Origin: a virus
Virus record (IMG/VR): IMGVR_UViG_3300035189_000005
Coordinates: 1-64,000 of that record
Strand: one strand, 5' to 3'
DNA length: 64,000 bases
Within the stretch, counting starts at the first letter, position 1. Each line of letters begins with the position of its first letter. The position numbers and the translations under genes were made by a program. Shown here one piece after another: positions 10,107 to 18,530 of the stretch. The notes under the pieces were generated by a model. That model ran no database searches. It saw only the letters and a list, made by a program, of their open reading frames with translations, and was not told the origin of the DNA.

Positions 10107-12596
10107 TTAATTGAACAGTTTACGAACGAGTTCGTAAGGGATGTTGGTTTGTGGGCTTCCCGGTGCATGGCACGAGAGCGCAGCGGCCAGTTGGTTCAGG
10201 TTCAGGTACTTGGCCCAAGGCGATGCAGCCATATCCCGAGGGATACTATACGTCTGCGGGCTGCGCTTGACTTTGCTTGCAATGACGTAAGACTTAGGCA
10301 AACGTTCCCTCACGACACGTTCAGACCTTTCGCTGCTGTCCTTGAAGAACTTCAGCAACATCTGAGTGTCAGCCGAGACCGAGAAACGCAATCCGAGATC
10401 CTTGACCAGATCTTCATGACCCACAGCAGCTTCAAGCAACTTGGCTGCATTGGTCTCCAGATTGGAATGGCTTTCATAACTTTCCAAGTGCCGGTTAAAC
10501 GCCAACCAACGTGGGAAGTCCTTAGCCGTGGAAAGCTTGTCATCCACATGCTGATAGATGTAAGTCTTCAACTCGGGTACTCCTTTTTTAGTCAGGACTT
10601 CAGCCTGCATGGAAGTTACGACAGCAATTTGCTTGCCGAACATTTTGTAAGCGAGTAAGGATGCTACATCGCTCATATCAGTGAGGCGCTCTGCCCCTTG
10701 TACTTTGGTTCGGCACGCAGTCCAAGCAATCGGTTTCAAGACCGATTCTTCTGGCTTGCCATGCTCACGAGCATGACTGAGCAGGAAAGACCCATCTTCT
10801 GGGTTATATGCATCAGCCAGAGTCAGATAACCCTTACGCTTTGGCTTTGGTGGTTTAGGTGCCGCAGGAACAGCATCAGGATCGACCAACTTTTCAGCAC
10901 GGGGTTTTGCTTCCAATCCATACTCATGGATCTCGAACCCAGCATCTGCAAAAGTCTTGCGAATGCTGTCATGGTTCTTTGGATGGGCGGGCATCATGTA
11001 GATGTACCAGCCACCCAAGTGAGACACGTCATAACGCAGCATGTGATACAGCCGCTCATGGATTGCAGTCTTGTTACGAACCAACAGTACCTTTGGTTCC
11101 ATCCAATCAAGTGCATCTTGAATATCGCCCACTACCAAGTTCTTGGTAGGAGTTAACTGGATGTTGCCAAATGACACATTCTTACGCTGAGCTACACCGA
11201 ACCTATCCGGGCTGATGTTCTCATTTGCCAATACCTTTGCCTTGACGGGCAAAACGTAAAAACGTTGAATCAACGATTCCACACTTCGCCATATTTGGTT
11301 ATGGCGATGAGTCCTCCTGCTGTGTGTGTGCCAATGAACGGACATTTCATGCATCAATTTCTTGACATATTTAATGTCATACGAATTCAGATCACCGTTA
11401 CTGACCCAATGGCGAAGACGTTTCAACATCATCGTCATAGGATCAACACCACTCTCCGAACGTTCACGGTGCAGAATGCTACTAATAGACGCACGACGCA
11501 CAGTGTATGCAAATGGCCCACTCTCGTGGTCATCGCCCATGAATGGGAAACGAATACGAGATACATCTAGACCATTTGTGATGGTATTAGGAACCCTGGC
11601 CAGATCTTGCAGTTTGACTGCTTGGTTCACCCTCCAACGCATAACCTCCTTCGTTGATTTGTTTGCCCGTGTGATTTCTCCCACGTTGAACTTTGCCAGT
11701 AACGACTTGATTGTCGCCACTGTTCCTTCAGTCAAGATTAACGATTCACGGGATGGCTGAATCGATACGCTGTCTGGCGGGCAGGCGAAGATGATGTTGG
11801 CCGAGTTCCACAAATTACCGATGGCTGTATCAACTCGGTCCCAGTCTTCTATGTAAGATGCATCCCGTGGAATTGGGTACACCACATTGCCGTATCGCAC
11901 ATTGATGCGAGTTGTCAGGGTGCCATCGAAGGAGTTGATAATGTAGCCAGTTGGACTAGCTGACAGAGGCAATACTTCAATTGGCTTTTGCCCGTTGATG
12001 CTGACTGGGATTTCACCCAGAGTTGCGACTTCCTTCACGAGATCCAGGAAGTTATCACGGTCCCTAGGCTTCAATGCCATGGTGACGGTTATGCCACTTT
12101 CTTCCGTTGGCAAGCTGATGATCTTGTTGATCGCTGGCTTGCCGCCCTTCGCCATGGATGACTTGGAGATACGGTAAATGGTCTTGACGCCTGCGTGACA
12201 ACTGATGACTTCGAAGTTGTCCGTGTAGGCGAACGGTGCTTTGGAACCAAGACCGAAACCACCAGTGACTGTTGAGTCGTCACGCTTGGTGGAGTTGCCA
12301 TAGGTCCCATAGATCTCACCGATCTTTTCATGCGGGATGCCGAGACCACTGTCCTTGATGGAGATCTCGGTGTCACTGATGGTGATCATCAGTGGTTTGT
12401 CCGTGGTCCCGGCAGAGATATTGCCGTCCCAACCGTTGCACATGATCTCACGCACTGCGGCTAGTTTCGGGTAGGTGTACAGGGCAGTAGAGAGGATGTG
12501 CATCAGCGCAGAGCTGTCACTCACACCCATCTCAACCGTTTCTTGGTTGCCGATCACTGCGTGAGTGATTTGGTCGGACTGCTGGCTGACTTGCAT
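10107..12596 (-). CDS. rIIA: rIIA-like protein (GHKL ATPase N-terminus)
   Basis: LYTYPKLAAVREIMCNGWD, DSGLGI, YGNSTK, GGFGLGSKAPFAY, PSRESL. Confidence 0.92.
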   Translation of the reverse strand: MQVSQQSDQITHAVIGNQETVEMGVSDSSALMHILSTALYTYPKLAAVREIMCNGWDGNISAGTTDKPLMITISDTEISIKDSGLGIPHEKIGEIYGTYGNSTKRDDSTVTGGFGLGSKAPFAYTDNFEVISCHAGVKTIYRISKSSMAKGGKPAINKIISLPTEESGITVTMALKPRDRDNFLDLVKEVATLGEIPVSINGQKPIEVLPLSASPTGYIINSFDGTLTTRINVRYGNVVYPIPRDASYIEDWDRVDTAIGNLWNSANIIFACPPDSVSIQPSRESLILTEGTVATIKSLLAKFNVGEITRANKSTKEVMRWRVNQAVKLQDLARVPNTITNGLDVSRIRFPFMGDDHESGPFAYTVRRASISSILHRERSESGVDPMTMMLKRLRHWVSNGDLNSYDIKYVKKLMHEMSVHWHTHSRRTHRHNQIWRSVESLIQRFYVLPVKAKVLANENISPDRFGVAQRKNVSFGNIQLTPTKNLVVGDIQDALDWMEPKVLLVRNKTAIHERLYHMLRYDVSHLGGWYIYMMPAHPKNHDSIRKTFADAGFEIHEYGLEAKPRAEKLVDPDAVPAAPKPPKPKRKGYLTLADAYNPEDGSFLLSHAREHGKPEESVLKPIAWTACRTKVQGAERLTDMSDVASLLAYKMFGKQIAVVTSMQAEVLTKKGVPELKTYIYQHVDDKLSTAKDFPRWLAFNRHLESYESHSNLETNAAKLLEAAVGHEDLVKDLGLRFSVSADTQMLLKFFKDSSERSERVVRERLPKSYVIASKVKRSPQTYSIPRDMAASPWAKYLNLNQLAAALSCHAPGSPQTNIPYELVRKLFN

Positions 12597-12611
12597 GGAC
12601 TTACTCCTTAA

Positions 12612-12863
12612 TTAGAAAGGGGAATCTTCTTCGCCCAGCAACTTCTCGATTGAGTTGGGGCTCACTTCAGGTTCCGGTGGTGGCTTGGGTTTGAAGGCAG
12701 GAAACGATGACATATCGAAAGTCTCCGCTGGATACTCCTTCACCTTCTTTTTCTTGGGTCGATAACTATCTCGACCATAACGGGGAATCGACGTATAAGC
12801 GCCTCGACCTTCAAACAGATCATCGAGCATGCGGTCGATAGCGTCATCTGCCATCTCGCCCAT
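12612..12863 (-). CDS. hypothetical protein
   Basis: MGEMADD start with SD; in the operon. Confidence 0.6.
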   Translation of the reverse strand: MGEMADDAIDRMLDDLFEGRGAYTSIPRYGRDSYRPKKKKVKEYPAETFDMSSFPAFKPKPPPEPEVSPNSIEKLLGEEDSPF

Positions 12864-12866
12864 GAC

Positions 12867-13082
12867 CTACTCCTTGATCTCTTTCAGATCACGCAGAGGG
12901 TGGGTGAAGAATGGGTAAGTCCCATCCGGCTTCAGACTGACACTGACAAACTGATGCCCATGAGCACGGGTGTCATCACGAGCACCGCCGTAGTCACATT
13001 GAGTGCAGGCATAGACAGTTGTGCCGATGACCGCTTCAGGTTCCAGCGAACTGCTGGTCTTCATTTCGAACTTGCGTACCAT
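12867..13082 (-). CDS. hypothetical protein
   Basis: SD AGGAG before MVRKFE; DYG.A.DD...G..FFT pattern. Confidence 0.6.
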   Translation of the reverse strand: MVRKFEMKTSSSLEPEAVIGTTVYACTQCDYGGARDDTRAHGHQFVSVSLKPDGTYPFFTHPLRDLKEIKE

Positions 13083-13153
13083 GTAATTTCTCCTTTGGTT
13101 CAAGAGTTGAATACCCCCTCATTGCTGAAGGGGCAGTAGCCACAAAAACGATA

Positions 13154-14071
13154 TCAACGGGTGGTCACGTTCTCGCCGACAAGAAGCTTGCGGTGTTGAA
13201 TCCAGCCGGATAGGTTGCCGTGCAGTTCAGGATTTTCCCAACCGCTATACAGATCCCGATCTTCTGGGCAGTAAATGTCTGGACGTGCTTGGTGCTCAGT
13301 CGGACTGGCGTGCAGTGGATTGGAGCCTACCAAACGATTGAACAGTTCCAGGTCCCCATCGATAGTTGGATTGAGCTTGTCGTGGGTCAGATAGCTGGTA
13401 CGGGCACAACGGGCTGTGGACATCTTGATCAGCACGTTGTAAACCTCAACCGGCTTTGGCATGTCACGAGTGATGCGCCCCACTTGCAACATTCGCTCGA
13501 CAACTGCGTACTCAACGTCCACGTCGATGAAAGGTAAATGCCATTGACCGGGTTGCAGCAACACGGGTTGGTTGGTGTCCAGCTCTTCCTTGATTTGCCG
13601 GGCCAACTCGGCAATCTCAGGTTGAGCATCCGGGTGATCACGCAGGTGCAGGAAGTTATTCCACTCAGTGGCAGTTACCACCACAGTGATATGAGCCCAT
13701 GGCTCAATGACTCGGTTCACAATCTGCTTGTGCAAGCCCAGGTCATTCAGCATCTGCGCTGTGTTTACAGCTTTCTGCATGCCATCCAACCACACACGCA
13801 TGGCTTCGCGTTGCTGATCGATGGACAGCTCGTGAGCTGCTTGCATGCCTTTCTGGTTCATGCCCCAGTAAATCGGCATGGCCGGGTCATCAATGACCGC
13901 TTGGATCATCTTCTCGACCGGAATGGCACGACTGGAACTGGCGTTGCGGGAGAACACACGGTGAGTCATGAACTCAGCGTGGACGAAGCGAGGGTAACGC
14001 AACAGCATGGTGGTCAAGCGTTTGCCTGCCGGGCTGATGCTGTCAGCAATGGTCTGTGTGGAGATAGTCAC
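13154..14071 (-). CDS. thyX: flavin-dependent thymidylate synthase
   Basis: EFMTHRVFSRNASSSRAIP, HKQIVNR, LRDHPDAQPEI, HASPTEH. Confidence 0.92.
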   Translation of the reverse strand: MTISTQTIADSISPAGKRLTTMLLRYPRFVHAEFMTHRVFSRNASSSRAIPVEKMIQAVIDDPAMPIYWGMNQKGMQAAHELSIDQQREAMRVWLDGMQKAVNTAQMLNDLGLHKQIVNRVIEPWAHITVVVTATEWNNFLHLRDHPDAQPEIAELARQIKEELDTNQPVLLQPGQWHLPFIDVDVEYAVVERMLQVGRITRDMPKPVEVYNVLIKMSTARCARTSYLTHDKLNPTIDGDLELFNRLVGSNPLHASPTEHQARPDIYCPEDRDLYSGWENPELHGNLSGWIQHRKLLVGENVTTR

Positions 14072-14106
14072 GATGGACTCCTTGGTTGATGAAAAAATTC
14101 AAGACA

Positions 14107-14140
14107 ATAAAAAATCCCCCTCACTTAGAGGGGGATTTTT
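14107..14140. terminator. intrinsic terminator (possibly bidirectional)
   Basis: AAAAATCCCCCTC/GAGGGGGATTTTT inverted repeat. Confidence 0.8.
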
Positions 14141-14165
14141 CGTAGCAGGCCAGGCCGAATGTGGT

Positions 14166-14474
14166 TTAGCTCAGGAAGAGACTGACCGTACTGCCGGTCG
14201 TGCCCTGGGCCACCTCGTCGGCGGAAGCTTGCAGGTAATCATGGCTATCTTTCATGAGACCGACGACACGGGATTGTCCCGTTCGCTCGGCCTCGGCCAT
14301 GTAGGCCTGCTTGACCGCGAAGTCAGCGGTACTGGCGCCGTAGGCACCCAGGTCGGCGACGATGTGGCGGAGGGTGTGGCCGTAGTGGACCGGATCGGTT
14401 GCAGCGTATGCGAAGGAGCCGAAGCAGGCAGCAACTGCCAGACAACAGTAACGGAGTACGCGAGAGATCATCAT
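14166..14474 (-). CDS. small putative exported protein
   Basis: N-terminal signal-peptide-like segment (RVLRYCCLAVAACFGSFAYA-A); SD GAGG. Confidence 0.6.
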   Translation of the reverse strand: MMISRVLRYCCLAVAACFGSFAYAATDPVHYGHTLRHIVADLGAYGASTADFAVKQAYMAEAERTGQSRVVGLMKDSHDYLQASADEVAQGTTGSTVSLFLS

Positions 14475-14555
14475 GATCTTTTTCCTCTTGGTTCAGTGGG
14501 TTGGTATTGCAAGGAGGGACAGTATGCCCCTCAGTTTACATCTAACGCAACGCTG

Positions 14556-15002
14556 TCAGTGCAGCTTGCCGCGCTTTACTTCAACGACTTGCACGCCCAG
14601 GGCTTCCAGCAGGCCACGGAGAGCCGGAGGAACTGGTGGGTGTACTTCGCCGCAGTCCGGGCAACGCTCATCGGCAGGAGCTTCAGCAGCTTGCCGTGGA
14701 GCTTGAGCAGCAGTGTCCTCGATCTCGGTGCCGAAATTCAGCAGCCAAGAGTTTCGGCCATCGTGATTGGCCGGGAGCTGATTGATCAGGCCTTCAGCCC
14801 AACGGATTGCTTCCCGCTCTTTGCTGAGCTTGGCCGAATTAGCTTCGGCTTTGGCAGGTTGCAGGGGTTCCAGCAGGGTAGCGATGGCAGTAGTCACCAG
14901 CTTGAGGGTGCCGGTTTCGTTGGCGGCATACAGGGCTTGAACCAAAGGGGCCAAGTTGGCCGCTTCTTGTGCACCGAACAGGTCATCTTCGTTATAGGAC
15001 AT
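14556..15002 (-). CDS. hypothetical protein with CPDCGEVH motif
   Basis: Ala-rich ORF with phage-like codon usage; SD GGAG. Confidence 0.6.
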   Translation of the reverse strand: MSYNEDDLFGAQEAANLAPLVQALYAANETGTLKLVTTAIATLLEPLQPAKAEANSAKLSKEREAIRWAEGLINQLPANHDGRNSWLLNFGTEIEDTAAQAPRQAAEAPADERCPDCGEVHPPVPPALRGLLEALGVQVVEVKRGKLH

Positions 15003-15095
15003 TGGATGTATCTCCATGGTTTAGGGTTATTTACGGGGCAGATAACCCCCAAGAAAGCAATCGGAGTATGCCTCCCCGATTGCTCAGGGAGGGCG

Positions 15096-15539
15096 TTACT
15101 TGAGGCATTCCTTCAGCTCACTGATGAGTGCGGTGTCCACAGCCATCAGGGGAACCCGACGACCAGTAACCAAGCTGGTCAGTTTGATGTTGGTATGACG
15201 GGCATTTTCAGCGATCTTCTCGGCCAGATCCTGAAGTTCTTTGACTTCTTCAGGGTTCATGCCATGGATCAGGTGAACGATTTCTTCCAGCTCTTCATCG
15301 TGACGAAGGTGGATCACATCGTCATCGATTTCATGGGCTTTCAGTTCTTCAGTCAGAGCATGGATCTCCTTGTGCATGCTCTCCACTTCACCCCACAGCT
15401 TGGAGAAGTTCTGGCTACGAGCAGTGTTTTGGGAACACAACCGTAACCGATTCTTCACTTCATCCAGCTTGCTAATGAGGCTGTTCACATCCACCTCATA
15501 AACACCAGTCAATTGCATTTTCTCACTCATTTTGCTCAC
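15096..15539 (-). CDS. hypothetical coiled-coil protein
   Basis: 147 aa acidic, helical ORF in the operon. Confidence 0.6.
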   Translation of the reverse strand: MSKMSEKMQLTGVYEVDVNSLISKLDEVKNRLRLCSQNTARSQNFSKLWGEVESMHKEIHALTEELKAHEIDDDVIHLRHDEELEEIVHLIHGMNPEEVKELQDLAEKIAENARHTNIKLTSLVTGRRVPLMAVDTALISELKECLK

Positions 15540-15687
15540 CTTCAGCCAGTTGTTTGATCAATCGCCTGTTCTTTCGAGTCCTGCACCTTCCCCGACAATA
15601 CACATGCTTCGCATTGGTGGAATGGAAGAACTCACCACACTCAAGGCACTCCTTGAGCTTGCTCCCACACATGACACATCGCTTCAT
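15523..15687 (-). CDS. small Zn-finger protein
   Basis: CxxC..CxxC..YCxxxC pattern; SD before MKRCVMC. Confidence 0.55.
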   Translation of the reverse strand: MKRCVMCGSKLKECLECGEFFHSTNAKHVYCRGRCRTRKNRRLIKQLAEGEQNE

Positions 15688-15858
15688 GGAGCCTCTCCCT
15701 GAGAACCCGCCACTCAGGTATACGCCCTTGCCGCTAAGCACGTAAACGTCGGCTGTAACGGTTGATCGTCACATTTTCTGGGAGCTGATCTGGGCCGGAT
15801 TTTTAGGAGGAATATCAGTTGGCGGTATTCCTAAATCTATCCGGTGTAGGTGAACAAA

Positions 15859-16656
15859 ATGACTGATGTAATCGAAATGGTAGGCGGTGGCGGTATGGGC
15901 GCAGGTGGCATTGGCCTGGGTGCAGGTCTTGGTGGTGGTTTGCTCGGCGGTATCCTCGCGGGTGCTCTGTTCGGTCGCAATGGCGGCGGGTTGTTTGGCG
16001 GTAACGGCGATGGTGCCGGGGCAGGTGCAGCCGTGAGTCTCCAAAATTCCATCGACACCTCGACCATCATGACCGCTCTGGGCAACATCCAGGCAGCTGT
16101 TCCACTGGCCGAATCGCAAGTGCAACTGGCTCTGGCCGGTGTGCAAAGCGATCTGTCGAGCCAAGCCCTGAACCAGACCATTGCTCTGCAAGCCCAAGGC
16201 TTCAACTCGCAATTGGCTTCCCAGGCTGGCTTCAACAGCGTCGGCGACAAGGTTGACAACCTCGCTGCTGCCAACGCCCTGGCTATCGCCACCAACCAGT
16301 TCAACTGCGTGACTGCCACGCAGGTTGATGGCGAGAAGACTCGTGCACTGATCAACTCGATCAACGAGTCGAACCTGAACCGCATCATCACCACCCAAGC
16401 TGCTGAGATCGCTGCTCTGCAAAACGAGGGTGCTCGTGCCTCCGACCGTCATGGTGTGGAAGTGACCATGATCAACAACCAGAACCAAAACCAGATGCAA
16501 TTCCAGCAACAGGCTCAGGTTCTGAACACCTTGGCACACGTCCTGGCTGATGTTAGCCAAGTGGCTCGTGCTACCAACTCGAACGTTATCGTGGGCAACA
16601 CTGGTGCCAGCACTACCGGCGCACAGACTGCCTCTCCGACCAACGTACGGGCGTAA
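15859..16656 (+). CDS. Gly-zipper/Gln-Asn-rich coiled-coil protein
   Basis: Strongly biased codon usage and SD AGGTG; opposite orientation to its neighbours. Confidence 0.8.
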   Translation: MTDVIEMVGGGGMGAGGIGLGAGLGGGLLGGILAGALFGRNGGGLFGGNGDGAGAGAAVSLQNSIDTSTIMTALGNIQAAVPLAESQVQLALAGVQSDLSSQALNQTIALQAQGFNSQLASQAGFNSVGDKVDNLAAANALAIATNQFNCVTATQVDGEKTRALINSINESNLNRIITTQAAEIAALQNEGARASDRHGVEVTMINNQNQNQMQFQQQAQVLNTLAHVLADVSQVARATNSNVIVGNTGASTTGAQTASPTNVRA

Positions 16657-16674
16657 CCCTGGGGGAATGTCGCG

Positions 16675-16992
16675 ATGAACCAGCTCCAGCAAGTGTCGAA
16701 CATGTTGCAGAGTTATCAGGCTGAGATGAACAAAATGCAACAGTACATCAACAGCATTGGTAAAGCTTCTGCCCCTGTTGCCGCACAGCCTGCTGATACC
16801 GGCCTTACTGCTGGCCTCGGTGAACCGGACCAATTGACTACGGAGCAGCACAAAATGCTTCTAGGTCTGTTCAAGTCCTTCATCAGTGACAGCAAGCGGG
16901 ATGGTGCGCAGGAGCTTACGGCTGGGCTGACCAAGTTTGGTCGGTTTGCCCAGTCGGAGTTCGACAAATTAACGGCTAAACCCCAAGCGTAA
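16675..16992 (+). CDS. hypothetical protein, partner of the upstream Gly-rich gene
   Basis: SD GGGG; ends at a terminator. Confidence 0.7.
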   Translation: MNQLQQVSNMLQSYQAEMNKMQQYINSIGKASAPVAAQPADTGLTAGLGEPDQLTTEQHKMLLGLFKSFISDSKRDGAQELTAGLTKFGRFAQSEFDKLTAKPQA

Positions 16993-17018
16993 AAAGAAGG
17001 CCCCCACAAGGGGCCTTC
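16991..17018. terminator. terminator hairpin between convergent genes
   Basis: GAAGGCCCC/GGGGCCTTC stem; T-tract on the minus strand. Confidence 0.75.
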
Positions 17019-17019
17019 C

Positions 17020-17232
17020 TCATTTCAGCATGTTGGACATCCAAGACTGGAAGTTCTCTTCCGAGACTACCTGTCCTTCGCAGTTCTCTATCATGTAACC
17101 GACGAACCGTTCCCAGATCTCCATATCCTTGACCTTCTGGGTCAACTCGATAATGGTTTTCTTCTGGGCATCATTCATCTGTTCCAGAGTTCGTTTGACT
17201 TCACCAGTTGCCATCTTCCACCTCGTATTCAC
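17020..17232 (-). CDS. hypothetical protein
   Basis: 70 aa ORF ending at the terminator. Confidence 0.55.
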   Translation of the reverse strand: MNTRWKMATGEVKRTLEQMNDAQKKTIIELTQKVKDMEIWERFVGYMIENCEGQVVSEENFQSWMSNMLK

Positions 17233-17410
17233 CTAGGGCCAAACGGATCAATTCCCTTGGCCGTTGAGAGTAACGGATCATTTTCAGCCCCGGCTTACTT
17301 CCCTCGGGTGCGATCTTGATCAATCCCTTTACCACTTGGATCACGTCTTTGCTTCGCCGATGAACAGCGAGAGTCAATGCCAGACGAAGCATGATGTCAT
17401 TGGGGGTCAT
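17201..17410 (-). CDS. hypothetical protein
   Basis: MTPNDIM start, ATGA-coupled to the upstream ORF. Confidence 0.5.
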   Translation of the reverse strand: MTPNDIMLRLALTLAVHRRSKDVIQVVKGLIKIAPEGSKPGLKMIRYSQRPRELIRLALGEYEVEDGNW

Positions 17411-17559
17411 TTGACAGCCCTCAGTTTGTTGCCCTTTTTGAGCCATACGGCAACAAGTTTGGCCTGTGTTTTGTGAACTACATACCATTCATTGCTGTAT
17501 GTAGGTAGTTGGCTTAGTCGCATACGGCAATTATCAATTGCCTGTTCCAAGGTAATCAT
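17407..17559 (-). CDS. 50 aa hypothetical protein
   Basis: Manual translation MITLEQAIDNCRMRLSQLPTY...RAVK; ATGA overlaps at both ends. Confidence 0.5.
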   Translation of the reverse strand: MITLEQAIDNCRMRLSQLPTYSNEWYVVHKTQAKLVAVWLKKGNKLRAVK

Positions 17560-17861
17560 TTGAGTTTCCCCCACTTACCCCGTGGACCTTTAGGGCCTTT
17601 GATCCTATCTGGCGATATTTCAGACTCAAACTGACTTACGCCCAAATGGTGCATAAGTACCCCCAATTGGCTCAGTGTTTTACCACTACCTCGTTCGGAC
17701 AACTTTTCCCACTCATCAAAGATGAGTGAGTCTACTTTATGGGCAGGAGGCAATTGCTCAGTATCTCCTGTGTAAAACAACACTTGTTCGTGGAGACTGA
17801 TCTTGAGTCTCTCCAATATAGCCGGGCTCATTGACCCAGTTACTAATACGATTGTTCGCAT
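17556..17861 (-). CDS. hypothetical protein
   Basis: SD GGAG before MRTIVLV, just after the terminator; AT-rich. Confidence 0.55.
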   Translation of the reverse strand: MRTIVLVTGSMSPAILERLKISLHEQVLFYTGDTEQLPPAHKVDSLIFDEWEKLSERGSGKTLSQLGVLMHHLGVSQFESEISPDRIKGPKGPRGKWGKLK

Positions 17862-17871
17862 ACTGTTCTCC

Positions 17872-17900
17872 AATAAAAAGAGGCCCACCGAAGTGGGCCT
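17872..17900 (-). terminator. intrinsic terminator closing the ncRNA array
   Basis: AGGCCCAC-TTCG-GTGGGCCT-CTTTTTATT on the minus strand. Confidence 0.85.
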
Positions 17901-17917
17901 AAAGGTCGGGAAAAATT

Positions 17918-18089
17918 CGGTGTATTGGTTGGATAACTTCACATTACGGAATCGAACCGTAGTTTCCAGTGCTTCGCTCTCAGAGGCCCTAACCTTACTC
18001 GCCAATATCAGCTTTCCTGGTGAGAACATGTAACTACTGGCTGTCGTACTTGCCACTATACGAATGAAAAGTTACCCACCAATACACCG
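17918..18089 (-). ncRNA. tRNA-like RNA D: extended acceptor helix, D arm, T arm, anticodon arm replaced by insert
   Basis: D arm GTAT-AGTGGCAA-GTAC (18046-18061), T arm TACGG-TTCGATT-CCGTA (17945-17961), terminal helix CGGTGTATTGGTGGGTAAC/GTTATCCA(A)CCAATACACCG. Confidence 0.75.
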
Positions 18090-18156
18090 TTGCTGCTAGT
18101 CCCCGGTGCACTGGGTACGTCAATTAAAGCCCGGACGCACACGGTCTATTCTTTTA

Positions 18157-18303
18157 ATGCATTGGTTGGATGTCCTAACGGGCAATCTTCGTGCGTTGAC
18201 TGGTAGCTAAACACAAGTCTTCACCTGCGCCTATTGAACTATTCAATCCCCCAGAGAGCTTTCCCTATCCTTGGCCTTCGGACCAGGACATCCACCAATG
18301 CAT
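18157..18303 (-). ncRNA. structured RNA C with the same terminal bulged helix, no tRNA arms
   Basis: ATGCATTGGTGGATGTCCT/AGGACATCCA(A)CCAATGCAT encloses several short hairpins. Confidence 0.65.
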
Positions 18304-18375
18304 CCTCTTCAAAGGACACATTGGGTGAAACGTGAATGCTGAGCGGTTACATGTGGCAACGGCACAGCGCCTTGT

Positions 18376-18384
18376 CTAATACAT
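18376..18384 (-). other. Met-Tyr-stop minigene
   Basis: GAACCAAAGGAGA-ATCGCT-ATG TAT TAG; same SD context as real genes of this phage. Confidence 0.4.
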
Positions 18385-18440
18385 AGCGATTCTCCTTTGG
18401 TTCAACACTTGGAAGGAAGTGTCCACCTATTTGATTGGGC

Positions 18441-18521
18441 GGGATCTGTCGCATTGGCACAAGGGCCCCACTGCGAAATGTTGCGGCAAGATTGCAGGTG
18501 ATGCCTCATCAACCAGATCCC
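18441..18521 (-). ncRNA. structured RNA element E
   Basis: GGGATCTG/CAGATCCC closing stem with nested GGCAT/GTGCC and CTGC/GCAG stems; strand inferred from context. Confidence 0.4.
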
Positions 18522-18530
18522 ATAAACTAA

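Noticed and set aside
14007-15446. 479 aa plus-strand ORF
   Set aside because: Crosses a terminator and three minus-strand genes; no recognisable motifs.
15611-15621. GCATTGGTGGA, identical to the 5' arm of RNAs A and C but on the opposite strand
   Set aside because: A single 11-mer inside a coding region with no partner arm; could be chance.
17862-18056. N-terminal extension of ORF 17556-18056
   Set aside because: It runs through a terminator and RNA D; a good SD supports the start at 17861.
18090-18156. Spacer hairpin GTGCGTC/GACGTAC with fragments recalling pistol/twister ribozymes
   Set aside because: I could not assemble the full conserved cores or pseudoknots by eye; an Infernal search would be needed.
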